A stretch of DNA of 53,726 nucleotides, counting the filler, from Sphacelaria rigidula (lineage: Eukaryota): NCBI GenBank assembly GCA_964200075.2. It is 3 parts of 3 records of this genome, joined end to end, with 100 filler letters (N's around TTAATTAATTAA, not from the genome) between each part and the next. Parts side by side here need not be neighbours in the genome. Positions count along the whole stretch, not along the records: positions 1 to 17,849 come from CAXNAA020000982.1; 2 more parts are not named here. One strand, written 5' to 3'. The position numbers and the translations under genes were made by a program. Numbering within the stretch: the first letter of the stretch is position 1; each line of letters begins with the position of its first letter. This document shows positions 1 to 13,763 of the stretch, one piece after another. Under the pieces are notes generated by a model. That model was not told the origin of the DNA. It worked only from the letters and a program-made list of their open reading frames with translations, and made no database searches.

Positions 1-1809
1 CCCCCCCCGCCGCCGAAAACGCCTAGGTGAAAAAAAATCGGCATAGTAGGACCTCGCAATTTTTGTGGCACTCCTGGGTCGAGAGCAAAAATCCCGATCT
101 GATAGGTCACGATCTAAACCATCGTGAATTTTGAAGATTGTCAAAGTCATGACCTATCTATCGAATCGAGGTTTTTGCTTTCCATCGCACAATTTCGATC
201 GAAAACTAGTCTGTCTTAACTTCTGAACAGATTCTGTTTTTTGCTGATAGCGCTATGCCGTGTGTAGGCTAGACAAGCCATGTCTGTTGTGTTTCCATGA
301 CAATGCTACTTGACCAGAACCCGAGGAGAACTCAAGGGAGGTCATATTTCCTCGCTTTCCCTCCTCGTTACCATCAGGTTGTCCGTTTTTGTTCTTCTTG
401 TCTTTTTTGAATCTTCGTATGGGTAAGGGTGGTATGCTCCTTGCGCTCTGTGCCTACGGGTTCGAGAGGTTGAGCTAATGTGACGAACATAGTAATAATA
501 TTTATAGGAACAGTTTCTGATGCCCAGGTGGCTGTGTACAGAGTCTCGAAGCCGTCGTGACAGTGAAGGCACCCCAAGGTGACGAAGGCGTTTTCATGGC
601 AGCAGGTTGGGTGTGAGGATTAAATTCAGCGGGAAAAGCTGTCCAAGGTGAGACAACGGATAGGTAGGCGAGCTTCGCATGTCGGTGTGTGGCACAGAAA
701 GTGCAGACAGTCGCGAGTATGCCGTGAATAAGATGCAGTTGTACTCGCAGAGTAGAATGATCCACACGGGAATTTTTGTCCAAGATGGTGATGGTTATGA
801 GTTCCACTACCCGTCAGAAACGGTCATAGTACAGTGCACAACTCTATTGTTAGTTGTGTTGTAACTTCAAGGCGCGAGTACACGTTGTGCTGCTGCATAG
901 CACCAGTCTCTTTCTCATTTTTTTGGGGGGTGTTGTCTCCCGTGAAGCCGGAGAAAGCGGGTTTGAGCGTGAAGGGGTACTTTTTTAGTGACATTTTCCA
1001 AGAGCAAAATAAAGAAGAGGAACGCGAAGATGGGGGCAGTGGGGGGAGGTTCGCTACACATTCTAGTGTAGTGTCTCTAATCGTATGCTTACCCACGGGG
1101 TAAGTATAGAAACCGATACCACAGGTACTGGCCTTTTCCATGAATTTTCGGCCAATCAAAAACTGTTCTCACGAAGCTTTTTCATGGAGTGCCACATAAT
1201 GCTGACTCCTATATTCACAGTCATGCATCGCTGGGAGTGTGGGCAGCATTTTTTCAGTGTTGTGCCGGCGGTAAGATCATCGCAGTTGCACCCCCCTGGA
1301 AGAACGAGCCGAGGCAGACTCAAAAACTCGACCGAGCACTTGTCGCCAATATATTGAAATATTTGTTTCGAGAATCTCTAGAGGTCCGCTGCCGTCGAAC
1401 TCCGACTCAATTCCGATCGCTCGAGCGCACAAATTGGCGATGGTTTTTTCCTAGACCATTTCAGCGCACGCGGCCTGCAAGAAAATATAGTGGGGCTGCA
1501 GCCCCAACTGCCCCTAGCGTGCGCAGAACGAGTTTTCGTCATAACCGGCGCCGCAGACGCCGTTTTTTTTTTTTCCCTTCGAAGGAGGAAACTCAACCCA
1601 ACACTTACCCCGCAAGCGATCGCAGGCCATCGCTAGCGAGTTCATGTGCCGATTACCCGAAGGCTCGGCTAGACCACCTCGCGGCAGTCATGTGGGAAAG
1701 GCGCCTCGAGCGGTGGCTAAAGGCAGTGTTGGGGATGCTCCCACTGAAACCCCCGGTCAACTCGGCGCAGTACACGCGCCGCCCTGCTCTTAAGAGCTTC
1801 GACCCTAGG

Positions 1810-1929
1810 CGCAGGCGCCGTTTTGAGGTCTACGAACGCCACACTTTGCCTAGGGAACGCTTCGGGCCCCCCTCGCCCGAGCGTTCTCGGAATGCCTTGG
1901 GTTGGGTCTAGGGTTGGGGTCAGGGTTAG
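1810..1929 (+). repeat. Dispersed repeat ending in a telomere-like G-rich tract (copy 1)
   Basis: gcgccgttttgaggtctacgaac...cctagggaac...gttctcggaatgccttgggttgggtctagggttggggtcagggttag; homologous to 7335-7470 (minus) and 8257-8362 (plus). Confidence 0.7.
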
Positions 1930-3687
1930 TTCAAAGTAACATATTTCCGAGAAATCTCTTCATCGAACAAGTGGTGAAAACACCTGTCAGTAGTGTGCAC
2001 CACACCTCCCCTTGGACGTCCGGGCATTAGAGTAAACCAGATTTCGTGTATTTCACTTTTTGACCAATAGCATCGCAGCAGGCAAACATGGTCGAGGAGG
2101 CGGGTTGGGGCTTCTGTAGGCCATGGTGTCTCAGGTTGAGCAGCAAACAGCCGCGGATAGAAGCTGGGGTTTGCGGGAAAGACAAGGCCACCATTGAGGT
2201 TCCATGCGTGTTGCTTGTGCGTGTTTCAATGTGTTTATGTTCGTCCTGCTCAATCGTCTGTTGGGGGTATTACAGCACGGGGAAAAATTCCGGGAACATC
2301 CGGCCCCAAATCTAACACTCAACCGCGCCCTCAGACCCCGCCTGCAGCATGCGCAGCCCCCACCAAATGGGCCACGCCCTTGAGCTGGTCACACTTAAGT
2401 GGGGTGTGTTGGCCACAGACATGTACTTCTGCAGTTCTGGTGCGATCACTGCTGCCGACTCCCTGTACTGTTCAAAACTATGTGGCGAGCTGACCCTGGC
2501 TTATGCACAAACATACACAACAGACTACAGTACTGTACTGTTTGGCGACAAGCGGTTCTTATTCAGTCGTGCGTGTGTTGACTACATGCATACATGGCAT
2601 GGTATTGATAGCGATCACTGCTCCTGTACCAGTGTTGTGCCGTTGAAAAGTGTGAGGTGCCGTTGTCGGTGATGCTGCTGTGTATAGAAATAACTCCTCG
2701 GTCCACTGCAGTGCTGATATCTGTGATGCGCACGTGTGTATGGCAACGGTCTTTCTATGCAGGCGTTGTGTCCCCAAGAAAAACAGTTGTTCCGAACCCC
2801 CGGCTGGGAAGAAATAACCAGCTGTAGGAAAGTGGGTGCTGAGAGCATTAGCACAAGATCGTAATGTATACGAAACCGAAAGTCATCCTCCGTGCTGGTC
2901 CTCCAATAAGCGATCCCAGACGACACACGCCGTACGGAAGTTGTCGTGACGTCTTTGCACATGCCAGGATCCATCGTATGAGGCCAAAACTGTGCCGATC
3001 ACCTCAGTAAATGATGCGAAGTTCACGGGTGGTGCTTTTGTCTCCTACCCCTGACTTAATATTTCACGGCAAGTTGACACCACCGCGGCACTGGGGGGCG
3101 TACAGCATTTAGATGGGTCAAATATGCCTCAGTTGGTATCGTGTAGGTGGACATGTCCTCGGCCATGTGCACGTTGTTCGATTGTGCAATGCACGGTCAA
3201 AGCGAAAACGAAAGGCAACATCATGCCGTGCTGCCATTTCGCAGTGCCTGGCTGTTGATGGTGAATACAAGCTCTCTGGGCCTCGTACTACGCTTGCGGT
3301 GTACGGTTTCGCTGTATGTTGTACTCGGGGCAGGTGTCACGTCTTTCGCGTACTTGTTGGGAGTCTGTTTTCTGTCAACCAGCCCTTTCTTGACACTTGG
3401 AAGCCAGCACAAGACTGTACAGTCAATATCAGATAGGAGTTGTGTGCTGGAGCTCAGTCAAGTACGCGCGGAGTCTCGGTGTTTTCAAGGTTCAACCTCT
3501 GTGGCCCTTTTCAGTCCACGGCATAGATGCAATCCCCTCAAACTTCCTGCAATAGATTCCTCATGATGTGTGAACTACGAGCATATCTTTCTGTTCCATC
3601 ATACTAAGCAGCGCAAGAGATTTCTTCTTGTGATAACAACGCAGTGGTGACCCGAGCTTGGTGGCCCAGGTACAATTCGTGTAGTGG

Positions 3688-4385
3688 AATCACCTGCAAT
3701 TCCCCTGCAATTCCCCAAACAGATACTAGGTCGCAACTGTTCGTGAAAATCTATGTGAAAAATCCAATAAAGGTGGTCGTTTGCAATTTTCCACTTTATC
3801 GATGCTCTCAGATTTTGAAGATGTCTGGCAAATGGATGGAATTTTCGACTGAATGGAGGAAAAGTAACTACTCTGCTGCAGCATCAAAACCAAAAAATAA
3901 GACTCCTCGCCGCTCCCCATTTCAACATGTCCTCGACCGGAGTTGCAACCATATCAAGACGCTGTGGCTTGGCTGCGTTGGGGTTTGCAGCAGCATCTGT
4001 ATAGGTCCGCGTTACTCTGCATTGCACAGTACAGTACAGTACAGTACAGTACGGCATAATACGGCACGGTGCACTACAACAAAGCACACTTGCAAAACGC
4101 CCTCCATCATCGCCCCGAGTGCCTGAAACTTGAGCGTAACGATTGAACGTGATGTGTACATTCACCGCGCACGTGTTCGAAATCCGGGCTTGTCTAACTT
4201 CATATCAGTTTAGCCTATTGATTTGGCGCGATTCAGCCCATACCTTGTACCCTTCAACGGATTTGAGATCGGGGATCTGTACGTCTCGGGCCATCGCCTT
4301 CGAACCAACCCGGGCACGTTGAAAACGGACTGGAGATTAATGAGAGAATAATCAAGACGCTTTTTTTCAGGGATTGCAGGTGATT
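3688..4385. mobile_element. Inverted-repeat-bounded element (MITE-like)
   Basis: AATCACCTGCAATTCCCCTG at 3688 and CAGGGATTGCAGGTGATT at 4368-4385; internal (CAGTA)n microsatellite at ~4027-4052. Confidence 0.45.
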
Positions 4386-6097
4386 TGACCATTCTCAAAT
4401 AAAGTCAAGCGGGATTTTTTCGAGCCTACTTTTCCGACACGTGTTCGGACTTCAACCATAGTGTTTGTTGCATTGATGAGGTTTCAAATGTCGGATAGCT
4501 CAACTCGCCTTAACTCGCGTTAAAGCGCTTTTGTGTAACTAAGCGCTGAGTTATACCGTATAATACAGCGGTACCCTATTTCTACTGGATATGTTTTAGG
4601 TATAAACTCAGCAGTGCCCATATTCGTTGAGAAGCATGCTCAGCACAGCGGCAAGCAGCTGGTGAATGGTGTGGTATTCAAAGCTACAGTTCGTGCAGTA
4701 CGCAGTACTACCATGCGCGGTGGAACCTAAATGGAAGACCAGAGCATGCTACTATTGTCACGACCACGATCAATGCACTTACGATAGCGTTCAAACTTTG
4801 ATGTCCCGAGACCGCAATGTCGCTTCCCGTGTCATGTGCACGAAGTGCCTTGACACGCGGCATATTCGTGGGAATAACCTTCGCAGTGCGGGCGTGGGGT
4901 GTCCGCAAAAACAACTGTCCCGAGCGCCCGGCGCACCAGCAGAAATAAAAAGCGACGGATACGTGCTTTGGCGCTTGGCGTTAGAGGTAAAGCTCCGTGA
5001 GAGATCTAGCCCTTAACGATATGGCGGCTTACTCGGGTGTAGAGCAGATGATCGTGGTGCGCATCCTTTCTAGCGAGCTTTTTAACACCTGCCATATCCA
5101 GCCAACGTTCATTTCGGTCATGATGGAAGGATATCATATATCCGGCGGAGGGCATGAGGTATTTGCTACGAAGCGTTTGACACCGTTTCGTCGAGGGCGG
5201 CTGTGGAAAGACACAGTTACAGCTCGGCATCTTGGAGAGTTTCGCTCGAGGCAGGCCATTGAATAGGGTGACGACTGTTTTGTCGTTATTTCATAATCAG
5301 CTTTGCCGACTCTCGGATGGCCCTGGCCGCGTCAGATACTGTACGACTTCTCGTGATCTCGAGGAGTCCCTGGAATATTTGAAAGGGTCCCATGAATCGC
5401 GATTACATGCGAATTATGGCCTGCGAGGAGAGCAGATGGAGGGAGATGGAAAGCGGACGATGCGCTCGATGGTTGAACCCTACGTTTGGGCCCGGTAGCC
5501 CCATCATGTATCGTAACACATCCATTGTTGAGCCTAAGAAGCTGCTTGTGATGCAAGTGTGCTTGGGTATGCACAGCCGTCGCCAACGCGTGACGTAGCT
5601 CTGAGGTTCGGTCATCGCTGCGATATCTAGCCATGGTCAGAAAATGCCAGCGAACTTGTATACAGTTGGAGCACTTGCTCTTTGAGTCTTGTTGATTATG
5701 GCGTCCATATCTTGTGTCGCTCGAGCCGTGAGGTCGAATCAATCTAGGAGCGGTCCCGATGAAAACGAGAGATGGCAGACCCTTGCCGGATGGTGTTAGG
5801 CAAGGAGACCGCACAACAAGAGGAAACTCAAGCAAACCCACGAAACGAAACAGAAGTGAAGAGACGAACCCACGGAGACGCATGCTTAGGTCAACATCAT
5901 TTTATGGTGTCTCGAAGTCATTAAAAAATCGAGACGTTGAAGATCAGCGTCATACATCATGCTTGACGAACAAATGAAGATACCTAATTATGTGCTGCAG
6001 GCAAGTGCGACAATCAATCAAATCAAATCAGGCACGTGCCGTTATTGTTGGGGGTGTCAAAGACATCATCGTGGTCAGGATCATCATCGGTCACTGG

Positions 6098-6150
6098 TAT
6101 GGGTGCGCCTGACCCCCCAAAAGGGGCAAAAAAAGTGTCACCGACCAAAA
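6098..6150 (+). repeat. Dispersed direct repeat (second copy ~9874-9925)
   Basis: Shared sequence tatgggtgcgcctgaccccccaaaa(g/t)gggcaaaaaaagtgtcac.gaccaaa. Confidence 0.7.
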
Positions 6151-7334
6151 ACAGAAAGAGACTGCAGATCTTGCTCATCCCCTGATGACGCATGCCGTAA
6201 GAATCACCCCGAAAAATACTTGTGATTTGAGTGGGGTTTCCATGTCATGATTTCTCATTTTTCCCGTCCCGGACTACGAACCACGGCGTGCCTCGGCTAC
6301 TCACCGGCGTGTATTTGTCCAAGCTAGAACCTGACATGTTTGTGTTACCACAGATCGAGAATATTGCAAAAAAAATAAAATACGCTTGATTCGTTATAAA
6401 ACTCGGATCCTGGTGAGAACAAAGAAAATGTCCGGTCAGCTACCATCTTGGCGCAGATGATGCAAAAAATCATATCCCAATCGATGCCCTCGGCGATGAG
6501 TATCTGGGGAAACGGTTTGGGCTATGAGCGCAAACAAACGCCTCCAACCCGCGCCGGTTTCTACGATACGCGAAAATTTCACCCCTGTCCAACGGCCTCA
6601 GAATAGATTACACCTATGAATGACTCTTGATACTAGGATAGTGTAGATGGTTGATACGTCGGATGTATGGAATGTTCGACAGGTGTATAATTTGAACGTT
6701 CGACCGAACCCCCAGAAGCTGTTTCTGCGAGACATTTACCCCCGTCTGTGCATCGCTCGTGTCGGTGGCAAGAGTAGCGCTCGTTCTCCTGCACCCAGTG
6801 CCATCACCACGCCACCATCGATTGCGAAGCTTGGCATTTAATCTCACCTGGCGGCAAGTATGGGCAAACTGAAGGAGAGAAGGGAGCCACAGAGCAAGGT
6901 GGCGTTCAAAAAGAGAAACGCAGTATCTTGAACGCAATGGCAACACACTCCACCAGCCGTCAACAATGAGTCGCACGAACGGAAGCAAGAATCATCTTCG
7001 CGACCTTGCAGCAGCGAAGCGAACAAATTATAGCACTACAGGCTGGTTCAGGCGTAACACCCAAAAAACACTCATCGGCGAAACCTCACGCCGTTTCAAG
7101 GAGTTAGGCCGGGTGTTATGGCAAACACATTTTTAGCCCACGGATTTTTTACTTTTGGGACGTTTGACCCACATTTTGATCCCCAAACCAAGAAAACCGC
7201 CTACACACGTCTCGGATACTTTGCATCACGCCACAGAGAGAAGTCTAGTCTGCTTTTCAGATTCCCTTGGCTCCGAGGTTTCGAGATTGGCCGCTGAACA
7301 CAAATCCGTGCGAAAAAATCTGTGCTTTTGCCTG

Positions 7335-7470
7335 TAACCCTAACCCGGACCCTAACCCTGACCCTAACCACAACGAAGGCATACCGAGAACCCTCAGGTA
7401 AGGGGTGTGCAAAGTGTTCCCTAGGCGAAGTGTGCGTTTCCAGACCTTAAATCGGCGCCCCAGGCGCCAA
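7335..7470 (-). repeat. Dispersed repeat ending in a telomere-like tract (copy 2)
   Basis: ccctaacccggaccctaaccctgaccctaacc followed by the reverse complement of the copy 1 body. Confidence 0.7.
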
Positions 7471-8256
7471 TGTAGACAACAACGCGTTCTGGGCACGGTA
7501 GGAGCATGCTAGGAGCACAGCCCCCATGGAATATCCGGACTCGGCGTCCACACCAAAATCAAGATGGACCAACTTTCTCTCCCGAATGGTGAAGCATACT
7601 GCGTAAAGACGGCACAAAAGACAGCATAAAGTCGTCGGCTCACTTTTGCTGAAACCACATGGCACCGAAGCCCCATTCTTGTCTTTCAGTGCCCCACCCG
7701 TCCCAAGACACGCGTCTGTTGTATCGGCACTGGTGAGTGATGGACGACGGTTTGTTTTCATTCCCTAGTGCAACACAAATATCTTTGGAAGCCCATTAAT
7801 ATCATGCCCATGAAATGAAAAGCCATGTCACGGACTTCTACTACACTTGCACAAGGCGATTCATTCATCCGCCGTAAAATTGTGGAACGATGGCATCCGA
7901 TAAATCAAGCTCCTCAAAACATGACGAGGTGGTCGACAAACATCCGCCCAGCCCACATCACACACCCGGCGACTGTTTGTTTTCTACTCGTCTGTGCAAG
8001 GGACGTCCTCGTTGAAGTTCATCAGTACATGTGGCTCTGTCGCATGTTCAGCGCATGATGTTGGCCCAATTTCGATCCGCATCCCCCCAAAACTTGGTTC
8101 AGCGTCCTGGTTTCAGTTACCGGCGTTGGGCTACACATATTCATGGTTGATACATGATTTGAGTGTGTACAACGAGAATCAGAATTTAGTAGGGTTGATA
8201 GTCCCGTGTGCTCCTGGCGTGCGCAGAACGCCTTTTCTTTGAGATCGGTGCCACAT

Positions 8257-8362
8257 GCGCCGATTTGGGGTCTACGAAGGCCGCGCTCTGTCTAGGGAAT
8301 GTATGGACCGCCCTTACTCGAGGGTTCTCGGTGTGCGTTGGGTTGGGGTTAGGGTCAGGGTA
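8257..8362 (+). repeat. Dispersed repeat ending in a telomere-like tract (copy 3)
   Basis: gcgccgatttggggtctacgaag...ctagggaat...gggttctcggtgtgcgttgggttggggttagggtcagggt. Confidence 0.65.
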
Positions 8363-8749
8363 TTACAAATCCGAAAAAACGGTTTCATCTTCAGGGGGTG
8401 CGGCCTGTAAATGGTCAGGGTGACACAAGAACGGAAATCGCGGCTACTGTACACTGTTCGTGCCGCATAATACATTTTCATCCATCGTGCATCCAACATA
8501 ACGATGCTGAAGTATTGGCAGCGTGACGGCGAATTGAACACCTTATTAAGGGAGGCTAGTCCTCGTCGGCATGGCACTGGCTGCTCGGTTTCGGTGTGGG
8601 CAATACTTGCACGAGCTTGACGAGGTCGGCAGAAACCAAAGCGGCATCACCCCTGTTGAATGCGAAATGACATGCGAAACGGGCTGCCTTCCGAAGGAAT
8701 ATTCCAAGGGTCGGACAAATGATGATTTGTCAGGAAATTACTTGTTTTT

Positions 8750-9430
8750 AATATGTTGGGTCGACTCGTGACGCATCAATCCCTAGGCTTTATTTCAGCG
8801 TTGCAACCCAGTTACACGCAACCCAGACAACGTGGAATGGTGCAAAAGTTGCGTGGATACCCCTTGGGCCAGCAATCAATTTTTTTCTCCCTTTTGGGCA
8901 ATCGGGCCGAAGAAATCGTGAATTTGGGGATTTTGAGTCGTGATGATTTGTCCTAACGGTGGAATATTCCTTCGGGGGCATTTCATCTCTCCTTCAATGC
9001 AGTTACTAGGAAACGACCAAGAATTGTTCCACAACATGAGGCTTTCAACCATGAGAGAAATCGGCAAATCTTCTCCGCATTGAAACGAAGTGATCAGTGG
9101 TCCCGGGCTCACTTTGAATCTTCGGCCCCAAAGTCGTGCAAGAGGAGAGTATCATGCGAAAGGGCAAATAAAATGAACCTGTACAATGGCCCCAAGGCCC
9201 ACAATTGGCCAGCTTCAAATGCTGGGCCTTGTTTGACGGCGATCAATTTAGACGTCCGAGAGCTCAGAAAAGTTGCGCGTACTGCTGCGGTGACGCAAAC
9301 TGATATTTCCTTCAGCGACCGTTGCAAAAGTAGGAAACATATCGTATTTAGTGCAGACAGTGCTTCGGTGCTGCTGTTGCACTTGCTAAGAGGTGCCGCC
9401 TTAATCGACAGCACGAGCAGTGGGTCCACT
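8750..9430 (-). mobile_element. Probable decayed hAT transposase C-terminus
   Basis: ATFLSSRTSKL resembles AxFLDPRxK. GIHATFAPFHVVWVACNWVATLK*SL resembles the hAT dimerisation motif xIPATSAPSERVFSxxxxxxTxxRxxL. Multiple stops and frameshifts. Confidence 0.4.
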
Positions 9431-10989
9431 GCTAAATGATGAACTCGAGAAGCGGTGGTATACTATGGGAGCGCTAGTTGCGTGCAGTGCTCGAGAGTGC
9501 GCTGTGTGGGCAGCTTGCTGCACATCATGCCGACATCTTTGTATCGCATTCTGGTTGTATTCCAGTATTGCAACGCAATTACTCATCAGGCAAGAAAAAG
9601 TTTTCATTCGCCAGCACCTCGCTGCCTGGGTAGTTTAAAAGCTAGGTTTTGGATCAGAATGTCATCTCCGTTCAGGTCATGAGAATTCGAAACCCCCTAT
9701 CAGAAACTAACTTCCGTCGACTTCACTACACATTTTGAGGTTTTATACGGAACTCCAACGTGGGCACGCTATACTCAACAATACCAGCCAAAAGCTTCGC
9801 CTTCTAACCCTATAGTGGTTTCCTGAGTCCTCGGTTTTGCATTGGCCGCCGGGTATGCCCAGTATCCGCCCAGTTATGGGTGCGCCTGACCCCCCAAAAT
9901 GGGCAAAAAAAGTGTCACGGACCAAATTCACGAACAGACACAAACAGACCGACTTTTGGGGTTTATCCGAGCTAGTGGGGTAAGATGTGCCGTATGCCAT
10001 CGGAAGAGAACGACATGAATCTAAAATTCATGTCGAGAAACAGCGGACTGCATTCTGAAATCACAACCCTACCTTGACTGTCACTGGCGATTCCAGCGTA
10101 TCGCAAGCGTGAACGAAGAGCGGCGCAGTGGCATGCAATATATGAGGAACAACGGAAATCATTGTGTAAGGGAGAAATGAATGGGCGGGGGACACAAAAG
10201 CAAATGCAAGGCAGCAGACACTTCGACGCTGTTAGCCCCATCTTGTGTCATAGTTTATGTCTCGTCGTCCCAGCGGTCGCAGTTATGCACGTAGCACGCG
10301 AATTACTCTACTTAGGTGTTGGCGAATGACGTATATCGCTTTGGTCACCTGAGAGCATGTCAGACGCCGCCGCTAATTTTGCGCATTCGCGCCCAAGGGC
10401 TCCGCAAAACAGAGGCTACTTTAGCGACGTTAGGCTACAAGTGTCCATGGTTGACACAATTTTACAAGTATCGCTACCCCCAACTCTGTTGAGTACTTGA
10501 TGGGAAATGACTAGTAGGTTCGGCACTGCTCACTCGGAAATACAGGAGCCAAAGATGCTGGTATCTATATTCACATAGTAGTAGGGGGTACGGGTCCCTA
10601 AACTGCGGTGATTTCCTGCCTTTTTGCGTCGAGTAAGTATTGAACCCAGCGCGGAATTCACCGGGCAAGGCATCGTGTACTCGAAGCGAGTAAAGGGGTA
10701 CACCAGGGAGCCTCATGCTCCTGTGCGGACGTCACTGTCCCCATAAAGGGCTGCGAGAATACCAGCATCTGCGACGCTGTGGTGGCGACTGTGTGTCCTG
10801 ACCAAGGGGCAGTGGAATGTCAACTTTGTGTGTGAAATGGGTTGAGCGCTCGTCGATGTCTTGAACGCCAAGACCTGGGGAGTATCTCCGCAATGCGCGG
10901 TTCGCTTTAGGGCATGTCGACCCACAAAGGAACATAGGGAAAGGAAGGACTAAGTTAGGGAGCTACTAGAGGCAGGGTCAGGTCGCTAC

Positions 10990-11400
10990 GGGGTTGGTGT
11001 TGTGAGGTAGAGTTAAGCTTCCGGCATGTTGTACATATTCCCAAAGTCTGGTCAAACAGGCTGCTTAGTTGTGTATTTTTCACCAATCCTGCCGGTGTGC
11101 ATTTACCGTGCACATCATACCGCAGGAACTGCGCGAAGCGAGGTTAACAGTTGCGACGATTTCAGCCTAGTGTCGTGTTGTTGATGGGGGTTACGTGAAG
11201 GTTTTGACAACAAGCGAGCTATACCTCACGCGCTCAAGTGCTGTAGTTCGGTGCATTGGTTGCTCAAGACGGCACGATACCTCTAACACGAAGCATGAAG
11301 AGACGAAGACTTCATGGTGAGCATCGCTAGCGCCACTACTTCAGCTGCCGGTTCGCAATGCTGACTACCTCGGGCGACTACCACTACCGTCTGTCAATAT
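10990..11400 (+). mobile_element. Highly decayed Ty3/Gypsy pol relic (end of RT to RNase H)
   Basis: NADYLGRLPLP at 11357-11389 resembles the RNase H end motif NADxLSRLP. Weaker upstream remnants are AVVRCI and ELSFRHVV. Confidence 0.45.
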
Positions 11401-12780
11401 TTGGTATGGACGCATATGATACTAACATGAACTGGAGGCTGCCCCCCCCTTAGCGAAATTGGTACAAGGGCTCACCATCCCTAGTTTGTAGATCAAATAT
11501 CAATCAAGAGCGATGGGCATTCGATGCTGCAGTGACTCTGTATCAACCGCACGATGCCGATTCTCCTAACTCCGATCGCAGGTGTGCGCGAGTGAAGAAA
11601 CATCACGAGAGGGCTCCACTCGTGTTCAACGCTCTGCCGACTGCAGCAGTTCGTTGGCGTGGAGTGCTAAATGATGGTGCGTACAGGCGGCACAGTAACT
11701 TCAGCCACCAATGGTTCCAAAGTTGCGCGGACTTGCGTGCCGGACACCGGCGTGGACATGACAGCAGGTGAGACAGGTTTTGACAAGCAGTAGAATGTAT
11801 GGCACGTCGGACGGATAACTTTTTATAGGACACAGGTCATACAACTCAAGTGCGAACACACACACCTATGCACCCGATTCAAATGATACAGTGCAACTAG
11901 TTATGGAAAGGTCCTCGTGTTCCGGATATCATCGATCAGGAGGGGGGTATCTTGTGCGGGTTATATGGATATACAGGTTCTTCTTGACGTTTTGTATATA
12001 CCTGATTTGGATTACATAGGTGTGCCCAAGGAGGTGATGTACGGATACTTGGGTCATACTGATCACCATCACACAGATATGTATGAATCGCACGGTTCGT
12101 AATGATCTGTCATCACGCCATGTGTGCAGAGCAACCAGGGTCTATAGGTTACCACATGAGAAATGTTGAATAGATTAAACGGCGGGTCATACGGATACAG
12201 ATCACTTTCAGATCGCAAAGGCCATACGGCTTGTCGTCGAGCAGGCTTGCGGGAGACACCCGTGCTTCAACACCGGCAATGCGCACGTGGATGATTCTTC
12301 TCCGGAAATTTTCGTCTGACGTTGGCCGAACAACGTCATAATGACCCATTTGAGCATATAGCTGTATCTTGTTTCCTCTATTTACCGCCGCGCATGAGTG
12401 TGCACCCTGAACAAGGGTATACGAAAATAGTCCTCCATACTGCCGCTCGCACTACTGAATATACGTCTCATATAAGCAACTCACAACTACTACTCCTCAC
12501 TTCTACTACTACTGCTATCGGAGTGAAAGAAGTCCAAAACATGTTCCGCGACGACGCTTAGCGCTAAGAGCGCACGAACAAAATCGCTGCAAAGTGAAGC
12601 CGGCCGCTACCGTGCAAAGTTCGGAAGAGTGTCGAAGAAACCTAACTCATCCACAGTCTCCCACCGCAGTACTAGCCTGGCTTACCTTTGGGCGTGTGAC
12701 CGACGTTGAATGTTGATTGTTGGAACATGTTCGGACAAGCGCCAATAAGTATACATATTTCGTGTAGGTGGTACAGTCAA

Positions 12781-13277
12781 CAGTCAACATACGGACTTGT
12801 GAACATGCACGTTGTACAGGGCCATACGGGTTGGCAGGTGAGATATATTGGATTCTGTTCATTGTATACGTCATTCGGATGCGCCGACAGTCCACATCTT
12901 GGACAAAAATATGCAGCCCTACTATGGAACCACTCGGAATAAAATATACATGCTTCATGTTCCATGTGCACGGGGTGCTACAGCCAACATACAGACTTGT
13001 GGAACATGCTCCTTGTACGCGGGCCAGGTCAGCAGGTGAGGAATACTGAATGTTGCTCATTGTGTACTTGATTCGGATGCGCCGACAGAGCACATGTTCA
13101 GAAAAAAAAATACACCCCACCGTGGAACCACTCGGAACGAAATATAAGCACTTCATGTTCCATGTGCCCGGGTTGCTACAGCCAACGTCCGGACTTGTGA
13201 ACATGCATTGTACCCGGGCCATACAGGTTAACAGGTGAGGGAACTGAATAGTGTTTTCTTGCATACTTGATTCGAAT
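12781..13277 (+). repeat. ~199-bp tandem repeat, 2.5 units
   Basis: Units start at 12781, 12981 and 13179 (cagYcaac...gacttgtg(g)aacatgc...caggtgag...attcggatgcgccgacag...ggaaccactcggaa). Confidence 0.8.
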
Positions 13278-13763
13278 CTTGGGGGTGCAAGAAAGTTTTT
13301 CTTATTCACTACATTCGGATGTCACAGGTAAGGGGTAGCGTTTGGTACACATGAGATTCAAATCGCGCCGGTCGACGACACGCTACTGCGCTTGTCTAAC
13401 CCGAGTGATACAAATGACAACTCTGTGATGTTGTACAGATGACACAGTTCTGCAGATCAGTTGTACACGAAAGTGTGTGTGTGTGAAGCGGGTCGTAAAG
13501 CTCGTCGCTCGGAAAATATGTACGAGTCAATTGGGTTTTACGGATTAGCATCGAACAAGCGTGCACGGGGGACAGCACATCTCGGGCAGATCATGATCTA
13601 TGCCCCAAATGAGCTGACCCGGATCTGTCATGAGCTGATCAGTCTGACGTGTGGAATGTATACACGGCGTTGAGAACACAACGCGTGCAGTGGTTACTGC
13701 TGTACAAGTACTACAGCTCTTTGCATTGCATCACCCTCGAGCACAAACATTTCCCCATCATGA

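Noticed and set aside
1189-1911. 240-aa plus-strand ORF
   Set aside because: No recognisable motif; it runs through repeat-derived sequence including the telomere-like module.
5000-5750. Possible transposase relic (YVTRW on the minus strand)
   Set aside because: A single short motif without supporting context.
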